DNA of 64,000 nucleotides from Eledone cirrhosa (Eukaryota): positions 343,108,001-343,172,000 of the forward strand of contig OZ024741.1 in assembly GCA_964016885.1 (NCBI GenBank). The letters run 5' to 3'. Position 1 is the stretch's first letter, and the number at the start of each line of letters is the position of its first letter. The notes below the pieces were generated by a model, which saw only the letters and a list, made by a program, of their open reading frames with translations, made no database searches and had not been told where the DNA came from. Shown here piece after piece: positions 31,385 to 45,460 of this stretch. The translations under genes and the position numbers were made by a program.

Positions 31385-31782
31385 TAATTGTTTCTACGCT
31401 TGGCATAAGGCCAGCAATGTGAGGGAAGGGGAAAATCGACTAAATCGACACCAGTGTGTTACTGGTACTTTATTTTATCCCCTCGTAAGAGTGAACGGCA
31501 AAGCCAACCCCGGTGGGATTTTACTCAGAACGAAAAGGGCAATAACTATATGCCACGAAGCCTGTTTTCCAAGGCTCTACCGATGCTGTCAACCCACTAC
31601 CTCTAATAATAATAATAATAATAATAATAATTGGTTTCTGATTTAGGCACCATGACAACAATTTGAAGGGTAGGGGAAAGTCGATTCAATCGACCCCAGT
31701 GCGTGACTGGTACTTTATTTTATCGACCCCGTAAGGATGAAAGGCAAAGCTAACATCGGCGAGATTTGAACTCTGAACGTAA
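31385..31782 (-). mobile_element. Two SINE copies (31385-31600 and 31630-31782)
   Basis: Reverse complement of the SINE consensus. Confidence 0.8.
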
Positions 31783-31784
31783 AA

Positions 31785-32005
31785 TCTCCTCCCAGCGGGT
31801 CCTATCAGAAGCAACCGTCTCCTACTCATCCGGCTGGATCCTCAAGCACGATCAGCCAAGTTCATAGATGTTATCCAACAATCTTGCCCATGGTCTTCCC
31901 CTGGGTCTCCTACCTGTTCATTTTGCACGTAAAATATGTCCAGCGATTCTTTCTTCAGACATTCTAACCACATGACCATAGTATCGGAGCTGTGATTTCT
32001 CAATT
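31785..32005 (-). mobile_element. RTE-clade LINE 3' fragment
   Basis: Minus strand: IEKSQLRYYGHVVRMSEERIAGHIL..GRRPRGRPWAR. Confidence 0.8.
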
Positions 32006-33000
32006 GTATTATATCTAAATACTAATAGTTCTGCTAATTAGCAGGTGTCGTAGTACGTTTTAAATTCAGCGTACAGAAAAGATGTTTTAAAGGTGGTTAT
32101 AAAACTGTACAGACAGTAAGTGATTGAACTATGTTCATGAAACAATACAGAACAAACTCGCTTTATATAAGTAAAATATTGTACACAACTATAATATCTG
32201 AAAGCTTGAGAATAACATTAACACGGAGAAACAAAACAGAGTAACATGAATCAGCAATCGCCATATTATCTCTCACTCTCAAGGCTATAGAATGGCAACT
32301 AATGAACGATAAATAGGTGCCAAATACTTCATGTTCCAAACTAATAAAATTTAGACAATGCATTCTGTTGGGAAACATTTGCCATTAATGTGGATTTAGT
32401 GCGGAAGATGAGATCCCCATAATTACTATATAACTGAAAACATCATTGATTATTCCTTTCCAAAGAGGCATTGGATGGTAACAAAATCTGTATACATTGA
32501 ATTTGGTTAAACATTTAGCCAGGAAGACTAGCACTTAAGATAGTATGCGGATGTGGAATATATACAGAATACCATATAGTAGAAAAAAAGAAGTATTAGT
32601 GAAAATGTATGAAGCATAACATCCATAATTGATAACTGGAACAACCAACGCTTAGTATATTACTAGAGGGAATGAAATTCATGGAAAAATGTTAAAATTT
32701 AATCTGTCAGTAGACGAAAATAGCACGTTAAATTGAAATTTACATGTCACATCTATATAGACAAATAATGAAAAATAAGCCGAATCAATAAAGGTGCTTA
32801 GACACTTTCACTTGACCTGTTAAAAATTGCTACCAAATGCCAGTCACATTCTATTGTGCCATCTTAAAAATAACATATAGGACAATGCACACCACGGCAC
32901 CTTATTACTGAAAACACACACACACACACACATAGACACACACACATACATACACACACACACATACAAACACACACATATATATATACATATATGTATG

Positions 33001-33084
<84 letters not shown>

Positions 33085-33093
<9 letters not shown>

Positions 33094-33534
33094 GTTTAAC
33101 AAGGTTCAATGAATTCATCAATGAATAAAGTTTCACAATAGATTAGAAGCACTCTACAGTTGGTTTTCTGGAGTTATTAATATTACTTCAAAATTTTAAT
33201 AAATATAGACATTCATGTGATCAAATATATTTTATTATTTCAGAGGTACTGAGCTATTTCAACAGTACGTCCTCATCAGATAAAATAAGTTGATGCCTGA
33301 CATACCTTGACTATGTTGATGGTTATAATTTAGTCATGGCAGTGATTAGTTTTTTGTCATAACTAATCACTGCCTTGACTAAATTATAACCATCAACATA
33401 GTCAAGGTATGTCAGGCATCAACTTATTTAATCTGATGAGGACGTACTGTTGAAATAGCTCAGTACCTCTGAAATATGTATAATAAAATATATTTGATCA
33501 CATGAATGTCTATATTTATTAATATTTTGAAGTA

Positions 33535-33540
<6 letters not shown>
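33085..33540. mobile_element. Fold-back HHR element (inverted arms 33180-33351 / 33361-33538)
   Basis: ~175-bp inverted repeat with 9-bp spacer, between (TA)n arrays; homologous to 21150-21340. Confidence 0.85.
33424..33490 (+). ncRNA. Minimal type I HHR motif
   Basis: TATTTAAT-CTGATGA-GGAC GTACTG..CAGTAC CTCT-GAAA-T ATGT A-TA-ATAAAATA. Confidence 0.65.
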
Positions 33541-33569
<29 letters not shown>

Positions 33570-34049
33570 TATATACATCAGTGCAATATTGACGGACGTA
33601 AGAATGAATATTAAATATTGAAGTAGAGTGTAAATATTCCTTATTATGGCTAAGTGTTCCATCTCATTAAGGGACTCTGTATTTTGATGAAGATTAGGCC
33701 ACTCGACTGCTGAGCCTTTATAGACATGATAAAAATAACAGCTAAATATCACTCAAATCGCGCCTTATCGTTTACAAAATAACATGGCTTAATGTTGTCC
33801 ACGATGGACAAACACAGAATAGTGATTGCTAAAATACAGCCCCAATACTGTCGTGCCATAGACCTAGACCCCATCCCTAACCCCCCCCCCATTCTTCTGT
33901 GACCCTAGAGCCCTTGTCTTTCCCTTCCTTTTCCGTTTTGATAACCACAAAAGACACTTGAATTTTTTACAATAAAGGATTGGTCTTTAAATACATTACA
34001 TAATAAGTTTAATGGATATCAAATATGTAACAACAGTAATTTATAACTC

Positions 34050-34590
34050 TTTCAAATATTGGCACAAGGCCAGTAATTTAGGGAAGTGTAAATTCGATTA
34101 TATCATCACCAGTACATGATTGCTACTTTATTTTATCGATCTCGGATGAATGAAATGCAAAGTTAAATTCGTCGGGATTGATCTCGGAACGTAGAAAGTT
34201 GTAATTAAATACCGAAAAGCATTTTGTCCGACGTTCTACCGATATTATGAATCCACAGTCCCTTGAATACTAATTGATAATAGTTTCTACTATAGGCACA
34301 AGGAGGGCAATTTTGTAGGAAGGGATAGTCGATTAAATCGACCGCAGTGTATTACTAATACTTTATTTTATCGACCCCGTATGGATGAAAGGCAGAGTTA
34401 ACCTCGGCGGGATTTGAACTCAGACCGGAAAGGGCCGTAACTCTATGCTGCAAGATACTATTTAATAATGGTTTCTACTATAGGCACAATGCCAGCAATT
34501 TGGGAGGGAGGGGAAAGTCGATTAAATCGACCCTAGTGCGACCCCGTAAAGATGAAAGGCAAAGTTAACCTCGGCGGGATTTGAACTCAA
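34050..34590 (-). mobile_element. Three tandem SINE copies
   Basis: Reverse complement of the SINE consensus at ~34050, ~34280 and ~34468. Confidence 0.8.
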
Positions 34591-35036
34591 AATCTTACGA
34601 CCTATAAACCCTCACCATGTGTAAACGCGTGTAACTGTTCTCAATAAGGCTTATGGTAGCGCAACATTGATTAAGAATAGTCTGTAGAATTGGTTGGCCA
34701 GCAAGTAATTGTCTCCGACAGGGTGAATTCCATGTTAGAGATTGAACTGAATATATTATGGTTTATATAGACTTCGTTTTTTTAATATTTATTGAAAGCT
34801 AAATTTGGGTGTATGCAAACCATGTTTCCACAACAGATACAGACACACATACACACACGCATACATACAGGCACCCCATCCCCCAAATATATATATATAT
34901 GTATATCAAATGATGGTTGTTAAGACGGGATTAAATCACCATAACTATTGCATTATATATATTTCTGTTACATGGTTATTCATGTGACTTTGTCTCTTAC
35001 GCAATCATTGGTGCAGTTATACAGACACGAGTTAAA

Positions 35037-35128
35037 ACATATCCGAGGAGCTTCCGTTTCCAGAGACAGGTTCAATCATTGTTAGATCGTTCCTCGAGCT
35101 GATCGACAGTGAAACATATGTAATATGT
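35037..35128 (+). ncRNA. Minimal type I HHR motif (U4C core variant)
   Basis: ACATAT-CCGAGGA-GCT...AGT-GAAA-C ATAT G-TA-ATATGT; perfect 6-bp stem I, palindromic loop III. Confidence 0.65.
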
Positions 35129-35246
35129 AATTAAATATGTATATGATGCAACACTCATTCTTTGTTCCCTTATATATTAATATTATTGATACTCGGTTCC
35201 TCAAGAGCATCAATACATACACACACATATATATATATATTTATGT

Positions 35247-35440
35247 ATAGGAAAATGTTTGACCCCGACGGCAGAGCTCAAGCTGTCGAAACGGCTATTT
35301 CTGGACTGAAATAGCCGTCGAAACGGCTTGAGCTCTGCCTTCGGGATCAAGCATTTTCCTATTACCCACTCTACTACCCTAAGGATTGAGTACTCTGGTG
35401 CGTTATGGTCCATCTGGTTCCTTACTACACCTCCTTCGTT
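35247..35440 (+). mobile_element. Short fold-back element with the 3' half of an HHR
   Basis: Inverted arms 35247-35362 around TGGACT; GAAA-CGGC..GCC(G)-TC-GGG. Confidence 0.65.
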
Positions 35441-35861
35441 ATATATATCTGTGTGTTATTGATGGACGTAAGAAAAAGTACTCAATACCGAAGTAGAGTT
35501 TAAATATTCATTTGATATGGCATATAAGTCACCCTTCTTACTCTGGAGTTCACCTGCACAATTGCAAAATCACCACTCAAGACTAAACTTTTTCAACTAA
35601 CACAGACAGAAAAATAGTGTAAAACTTAAGGGTGGTGGAGGAATGATGGGTGGATACATATAGTGGAATGAGAGAGAGTGAGGAAAGTGCTTTAAAAAAA
35701 GAAAGGCTAAGGAGAAGGTAACTCTAAGAGAGACATGGCATGTGTGATGATGATGTCTTACATATATATATAATATATTAGAAAGTGAACCTCTGTTCTA
35801 TACATAGAGCACTCCTAACATATATATATATAATATATAAATACATATTCTCTCTCTCTCG

Positions 35862-35964
<103 letters not shown>

Positions 35965-36019
35965 GTGTGTGTCTGTGTATAAATATAAAATATATGTATA
36001 TACAATATATACAGGTATA

Positions 36020-36097
36020 CAGGTTGTCCCCAAAACATGCATACACATACTTATTAGAATTCTGTTGAAGTGTGCATACATTTTTTGGGACACCCTG
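36020..36097. mobile_element. 78-bp Tc1/mariner-type MITE
   Basis: TA|CAGGTTGTCCCCAAAA ... TTTTGGGACACCCTG|TA: terminal inverted repeats with TA target duplication. Confidence 0.8.
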
Positions 36098-36160
36098 TAT
36101 ATACGTACACACACACATATCCATAACACACACACAGAGTTATATATATATATATATATA

Positions 36161-36752
36161 TATTGTTATACTTGGGGAGGGTCATATTGTTGTAATAATA
36201 TTGCCAGAATTAATAACGGAACACACTCACTGTCTGGTTGGTTTTCGCTTCTGTATCTTTTATATCAGTTAATTTATTCGGTCCTCAATGTTTACCATTG
36301 AGTGACCAACGGTCAAAAATACAGATATAATATAGACACAAACACATATATATAGTTTAACAAAGTTCTTTCGTTGCACATCTGCAAAATCGTCAGTGGT
36401 GCTATTATGTTTCCTCCTGCTGTTTGTATGTCTACGCCATCTTTATTTAATCTGGAAACATAATAACACCACTGATGATGTTGCAGATGTGCAACGAAAG
36501 AACTTTGTTAGAGTATATATATGTGTTTGTGTCTATATTATATCTGTATTTTTTACCGTTTGTCAGTCAATGGTAAAATTGAGGACCGAATAAATTAACT
36601 GATATAAAAGATACAGAAGCGAAAACCAAACAAACAGTGAGTGTGTTCTGTTATCAATTCTGGCAATATTATTACAACAATATGACCCTCCCCAAGTATA
36701 ACAATATTTGTTTCGACACACGATTTCATATCAAAAACCTCGCAAAACTAGT
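36161..36752. mobile_element. Fold-back Penelope pLTR-like element (arms 36161-36414 / 36454-36706)
   Basis: ~250-bp inverted repeat; HHR core CTGATGA-T GTTGCA gatg TGCAAC-GAAA-GAAC-TT; terminus TGACCCTCCC.AAGTATAACAAT shared with the Penelope end at ~44970. Confidence 0.85.
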
Positions 36753-36764
36753 ATATATATATAT

Positions 36765-36952
36765 ATTAATATAGAAAAGATTCTACAAGACTAGAACTGT
36801 TTCATTCGTGAGAAATCATCAGGAAGAATAATGATTTCTCACGAATGAAACAGTTCTAGTCCTGTAGAAGGCTTATTCTAAATTAAAAAATTTATACTCT
36901 GGTATATATTGAGCAACTTACTTACTGTGGTTACTCACGATTGAACCCGGAA

Positions 36953-36957
<5 letters not shown>
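36765..36957. mobile_element. Short fold-back HHR element (arms ~36765-36819 / 36831-36886)
   Basis: Inverted repeat between (TA)n; minus-strand arm reads TTC-CTGATGA-TTTC tcac GAAT-GAAA-CAG..TTG-TA-GAA. Confidence 0.75.
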
Positions 36958-37012
<55 letters not shown>

Positions 37013-37013
37013 C

Positions 37014-37062
<49 letters not shown>

Positions 37063-39248
37063 CGGAAATGTTCTCCTCTTGCCAACACAAAATCCTGAGT
37101 TCCTTCTTCTATTTTAAACCTAGCACAGAGACGTAACATATATCACGCAACCCCCACCTAGACTGTAGCTCCCCCCCCACCTAGACTATAGCTTCCCCCC
37201 ACCTCCCCCAACCCGTAACCCAGATAGATAGGTACCCTAAGGGTGGAACAGTCCCCTACAAGGTTGGTGTTTTTGCGTGTGTGTGTATGTGTGTGTGTAT
37301 TCTCCTTTTCTCTCTCTCTCACACACACACACACATACATATGTATGTGTGTGTGCGTACGTGTGTGCATGCATGCATGCATGTGTGCGTGCATTGTATA
37401 CATGTATATTGTATATATATATATATGTATATTGTATGCATGTGTATTGTATTGTGTGTATGTGTATATGTGATATGTATGTGTATATATGTATGTATGC
37501 GTATGTGTGTGTATGTGTATGTGTGTGTGTATGATGTGTGTATATATGTGTATATGTATGTATATTTTTTCTGTAGAAATCTTCTCTATATGTGGTGTTT
37601 GGCATGAATTCCTCCTATAATACTCTTCTTTGAGAGGAGCACGATATGTAGAGTAACACATATGTATTGTCGAAGTTGAAACTGAGAACCACCACCCCTC
37701 CTGCTGATCCAAATGTTTACTGAGGACCGGAACACCATTCTCCGCAATATAAGAGAGGAATGCGCTTGCCGGACTATTGATGACCATAACATCACATTCC
37801 AAGGTAATGGCAAAACACAGTGAATGCTATACACGACCAGAACCCCACAACATGCACATCGGAGCAACACAGATATAATATCAATAGGCGAATCAATTGA
37901 ATTTTTTTAGTTGAAATACATATAAATATGTGTCTGTGTGTATCGGACACACGTACACATAAAGAAACTGCTGACCTAAATGTACCTGTCATGCCTGTCT
38001 GAATTCATAAGAGAATTTTCGGTCAGTTACTATCTTGACAGATAACCCCACAATTACTACGTAGCGGTTCTTGCATGTGACTGCTGGACCCGGATGAAAC
38101 GAAGACGATGAATTTCCCTGCGTACCGTTTTGTACCACAGATGCGATCTCACTCTGCCTCGTTAATGTTCTATCGACACCAAAGTTCTACGTTCGGGCTA
38201 ATAGAATTGAATCCAACCACCGACAACATAGTTGGATGACCGATAATCACACCAAACCGGAGTACTGTGATCCTTGTGATTTAGAGATATACAACCACTG
38301 ACACTGTTACAAAGACCAGAAAACCATACTCCATAATATTGAACCAAGTGATTGATTTGTGCGACCAAAATAACACCACACACATATTGAACTAGGAATA
38401 TTGGATCCTCCGTCAATGTCTGGGTGAGCAAAAATAGATTTCTATCTGCATTGGAATTTACGAACTTGTGCATCTGCTGTGGTGTCAAAAACAAACGCAC
38501 ATGACCGCACAGATAAACAATGGACTATGCCACGTGGTTTGAACCTGTAAGTGAATTGAAGGTTCTGTAACTCTGATATACAGATTATTTATTATTAAGA
38601 TGTACAAACTTGACATAACTATTATTATCATCTTATATTCTCTCAACTAATCACATTTGATCATATTTCTCTATCCCGTTTTCTCCCCCCATAATTATAA
38701 TATTTTTATTTGAAAAAATCGGTTTTTTTACATTGTGTTTTCCCCTTCAAATACTTGCTTATATTTCTTTATATATTCTCTATATATTTTTTTATATATA
38801 TATTTTTTATCTTTATTCTTATTTTCACTTTTATCCTCCTTTATATTTTACCTTATTCTTACTTTTATACCTTATTATAGTGTAATCTTCCCCATGTCTT
38901 ATTATACATTATTAATTATAGATTATTATTATTACTCTTTTTCCATTTCTAATTACCTCATGTACTTTCTCCTCCGTCATATATATATATATTGTATGCC
39001 CTTTGTGTTTGTGTAGCCTCTGCACACCCTCTGCACCCTACTATCGACGCCACCCCATCTATGGTTCAGCTAACCACTCGACTCCCGAGAATGAATATGA
39101 CCGCACCTAGTAAACAAGGACCCACACCCCACCCTCCCGCACAAAAATTAGACTTATCGTCCCCTACTTTTGCTCTTTACTCTCTTTACTCTTTGTTCTT
39201 GAATGTTTGGTTGGTAGAGTCCATAACACCAATCAAACCCCTTTTATA

Positions 39249-39293
39249 GCTCTGACGAATCCTACGGTTACGTAAGGAAGAAACATTGTAAGC
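39249..39293 (+). ncRNA. Minimal type I HHR motif in a pLTR-like terminus
   Basis: GCT-CTGACGA-A TCCT..AGGA A-GAAA-C ATT G-TA-AGC, followed by AATAAA and (TA)n at ~39340. Confidence 0.7.
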
Positions 39294-39338
39294 CAATAAA
39301 AATCTTTTGATGTTGTAGACGCTCTTGTGTTCTTTATC

Positions 39339-39369
<31 letters not shown>

Positions 39370-39662
39370 ACCGCGTATCTACATAGAGGTGTGCTTAAAC
39401 TAAATAAATTCGTTTTTACGCACGAAACACACATTTTGTATGGTGGTATATATGAGGTTTTAAGTCAGCAAATTGTCTGAAGTGTATTGTTGTAAAGAAC
39501 TGCAACTAGAAAGTACCACTAGGAGAATAAGCAACATTTTGATAACTGTAATAGTGGCTAGTTGGTGATATAGTTGTAGTTTCTACAGTAACGAACGTTT
39601 TGAATAGAATTTATTGCATATCTGTATATCTCTATCTGCAAAATATTTTCTCATAGGTAGAC

Positions 39663-39736
<74 letters not shown>

Positions 39737-39741
39737 AATAA

Positions 39742-39890
39742 TAATTGTTTCTACTTTAGGCACAAGGCCAGCAATTACCCAGTGCATTACTGGTACTTTA
39801 TTTTACCGACCCTGTAAGGATGAAAGGCAAAGTTCACCTCGGCGGGATTTGAACTCAGATCGTAAAGGGACGTAACTATGCTGGAAAGCA
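39742..39890 (-). mobile_element. SINE copy
   Basis: Reverse complement of the SINE consensus. Confidence 0.85.
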
Positions 39891-39928
39891 TTAATAATAA
39901 TTATAATAATGAATGTGAAGACTAAAAT

Positions 39929-40043
<115 letters not shown>

Positions 40044-40044
40044 C

Positions 40045-40095
<51 letters not shown>

Positions 40096-40189
40096 CATAT
40101 ATATATATATATATGTACATATATATATATATATATATGTACATATATATATATATGTACATATATACATGCATATTTATATATGTACA

Positions 40190-40288
<99 letters not shown>

Positions 40289-40453
40289 TGTATATATATA
40301 TACCACATATGTATATGTATATGTATGTACGTATGCATTCATTGATATATATATAAATAAACATAAATAAATAAACCACATAAGTATATATATATATATT
40401 TGTATGTATGTAGTTATGTATGCACACACTCACACACACACACACACACACAT

Positions 40454-40502
<49 letters not shown>

Positions 40503-40949
40503 TATGATAAGCAGTGTCAATATTGATATATCCCTGCCATGGTTAAATATTACAATATCGATAACCTTAGCTCTTAGTTTTGGCAGGAATAATAATCTAT
40601 TTCTTTCTCAGTCCCTCCCCTTTCTCACACACAACTTCCCCATCTCTCTCTCCCTCCTTCCTCTCCCCTCCCCCTTTTTCTCTCTGTCTGTCTTTGACTC
40701 CAAATCCAACTTGTAGCTATCTAACTGCATACACACAAGCAGGCATGTACACACATATATGCAAACTAACATATATGTATGTATGCGTGTATTTATTCAT
40801 TTATGTATAAACATTATATATATGAACATACACACACATATATATTATATATATGTAAAAAAAATGGTTGACTTTGGAGGCACTAAAACATTTGAAATTT
40901 GAAATCGTGTACGTTCCAAAGCAAATGGCCTGTGGTTCTCAACTACTAT

Positions 40950-41115
40950 AGGGTCGGACGCCATGCTTTGACGCAAAGAGTTATAGCCCTTTCCATTCTG
41001 AGTTCAAATCCCGCCGAGGTTAACTTTGCCTTTCATCCTTACGGGATCGATAAAATAAAGTACCAGTAATGCATTGGTAATTGCTGGCCTTGTGCCAAAA
41101 GTGGAAACAATTATT
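40950..41115 (+). mobile_element. SINE copy
   Basis: SINE consensus. Confidence 0.85.
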
Positions 41116-41195
41116 ATGGTCATTTGCTTCGGGGAGCAAGCATTTCAAATGACAACAATTATACATACTAGGGCCACCCTATATATATATATATA

Positions 41196-41520
41196 TTGCT
41201 CTCTTTGCTCTCCTTTCTCCTTGCGCTCCTTGCTCTTCTTTTCTCATCGCTCTCCTTGCTCTCCATTTCTCTTTGCTCTCCTTGCTCTCCTTTTCTCCTT
41301 GCTCTCCTTGCTCTCCTTTTCTCCTTGCTCTCATTGCTCTCCTTTTCTCCTTGCTCTCCTTGTATTCCTTTTCTCCTTGCTCTCCTTGCTCTCCTTGCTC
41401 TCCTTGCTCTCCTTGCGCTCCTTGCTCTTCTTTTCTCCTCGTTCTCCTTGCTCTCCTTGCTCTCCATTTCTCCTTGCTCTTCTTGCTCTCCTTTTCTGCT
41501 TGCTCTCCTTGCTCTCCTTG
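41196..41520. repeat. Minisatellite built on the 9-mer CTCCTTGCT
   Basis: Directly visible. Confidence 0.9.
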
Positions 41521-41633
41521 GTCTCGTTTTCTTCTTTCTTTCCTTTTTCCTTGTATCTATGTATTTGTTTATATACAAATACAATAAGAAAATGGGAGCA
41601 AGGAGAAATATGAAAGCAAGGATAGTAAGGAGA

Positions 41634-41690
<57 letters not shown>

Positions 41691-41990
41691 GATAAATCTA
41701 CCAAGAGTTTACGGTAGTGTCCAATCCGTATGAAGAACTCAATGTAATTATATATATATATGCACATACTAATAATGAAAAGATATGCTGATGAGAATAG
41801 GTACAAATATGCGATAATGAATGTGTCTAAAAACGTCCATAAGTATGTATATATATGTGAAAATGTATATAAATAAGTAAATATATATATATGTTTGATG
41901 TGTATAGTTAGATGTAAGTGTATTCATGTATTAAAGTGCTTATATATATATATATATATGTGTGTGTATGTGTATGTATGTGTATGTGTG

Positions 41991-42053
<63 letters not shown>

Positions 42054-42653
42054 GTGTATATATATATGTGTATATATATATATATATATGTGTATGTATG
42101 TATGTGTATATGGATGTGTATGTATGTGTATGTGTGTACACATGGACTAGAGTATGTATGTATATATGTGTGTGTATATACGTGTGTATATATAAAGATA
42201 AGTTGAGTATGAAAATGTATACACATGAGCGCGTATGTATGTACATGAATACATGTGTGTATATATATGTGTATGCATGTGTATATATATGTAAGTATGA
42301 ATATGTGAATTGTGAGTATATGTATTTTGTAGAGGTGTGCAAATATATTTGTGTGTGAATGCGTGGGTGAAAGAATACGTACACTTGAAAGAAAAATTTA
42401 AGTCTGAATGTTAAGTGCAAACACAAAACCAACCACGCATATCTTTACTATCTCTAATCCTTCTATAGATTTAGAAAAATAACCAATAATATATTCCATA
42501 AAAAATGTCAAAACAACAGATGGGAATCTAATTACTCACTGCCACCAAGAATTCTCACTGCTATCGAAAAACCACTCCTTCAACTATTCTTCTAACAACT
42601 TCACCCCTCCCTCCTAATATTCTCTATAAAAACTAAATAGGTCCTCAGTAATA

Positions 42654-42770
42654 TTATTCTGATGAAATGACAGTAAATAATAACATTGAAATATTGAATG
42701 TCTGCATAACTAAAAGTTTGTAGATAGCTGTTTTAGGTTATGTAACTGTTATAGAAACACGTGTCAATAA
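42654..42770 (+). ncRNA. Type I HHR motif with long stem II and GUC site
   Basis: TTATT-CTGATGA-A ATGACAGT...ACTGTTAT A-GAAA-C ACGT G-TC-AATAA. Confidence 0.78.
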
Positions 42771-42956
42771 ATTCCTTTCAACTAAACTGTATCCATTCAA
42801 ATCTTTCTATTTTTCTCCGGATTACTTTTGGAACTACAACTGGAACCGTCGAGCAAACTCTACGTGAGCTGATAATCTACTGTGTGTAATATTTATATTA
42901 CAACACAACGGAAAATACTGTATATGCATATATATATGTATATATGTATATATGTA

Positions 42957-43083
<127 letters not shown>

Positions 43084-43119
43084 GTATATACATGTGTGTA
43101 TATATATATATATATATAT

Positions 43120-43418
43120 GTCAGGTCACCAGTTGGTGCTACTGGTAACATGTATCCCAGTACAACCTGTCTTATGGTCGGGTCGTTGGCGACTAAACTG
43201 GCAACCCCACCAAGGTTTCTTGGTGAGGAGGGTGACTTTGGACATCCTGCAGGACTAAAAACAAAACCTGTCAAAGGGCAAAGGAGCTCTTAAGAGTCAA
43301 TGGCCATCCAAAATCACCGGGAGAGATGACCCCTTAGCTTTTGTCAAGGCAGAATTTTAGGAGAAGGAAAACGCTGTAATAACACCTGCAACCCTAATGA
43401 TATCCAATGATGTTGACT

Positions 43419-43419
<1 letters not shown>
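43120..43419 (+). mobile_element. 608-bp RTE-derived element, 5' half, interrupted by the Penelope element
   Basis: Matches 55707-56006 and stops at the Penelope inverted arm. Confidence 0.88.
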
Positions 43420-45070
<1,651 letters not shown>

Positions 45071-45356
45071 TTATAGATAACGAGGAATCAGTGATGCATC
45101 AAAACACAATTTATTAACATATTACATATATTTCTCCGACGATCAGCTCAAGGTAGGATCTATTACAGATCGAACCTGACTCTGCATTCGCAGATCCTGC
45201 CTTGAGCTGATCGTCAGAGAAACATATGTAATATGTTAATAAATTGTGCTTTGATGCATCACTGATTCCTCGTTATCTATAATAATATACTCTGCTCTGC
45301 GCGAGTATCGAGTACTCAAACGGCATGCCGCCTATGGCCGCATTTATTGCAACCAT

Positions 45357-45365
<9 letters not shown>
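45071..45365. mobile_element. Fold-back element (arms 45071-45161 / 45192-45282) with the 3' half of an HHR; same family as 35037 and 20173
   Basis: GAGCTGATCG..GAAACATATGTAATATG shared by three loci. Confidence 0.8.
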
Positions 45366-45388
<23 letters not shown>

Positions 45389-45460
45389 TATTGTAATAAT
45401 AATTAATTTGAAGCGATTCTTTGCTTAAACTTTAATCTGTTATTTTAATATATATATATA

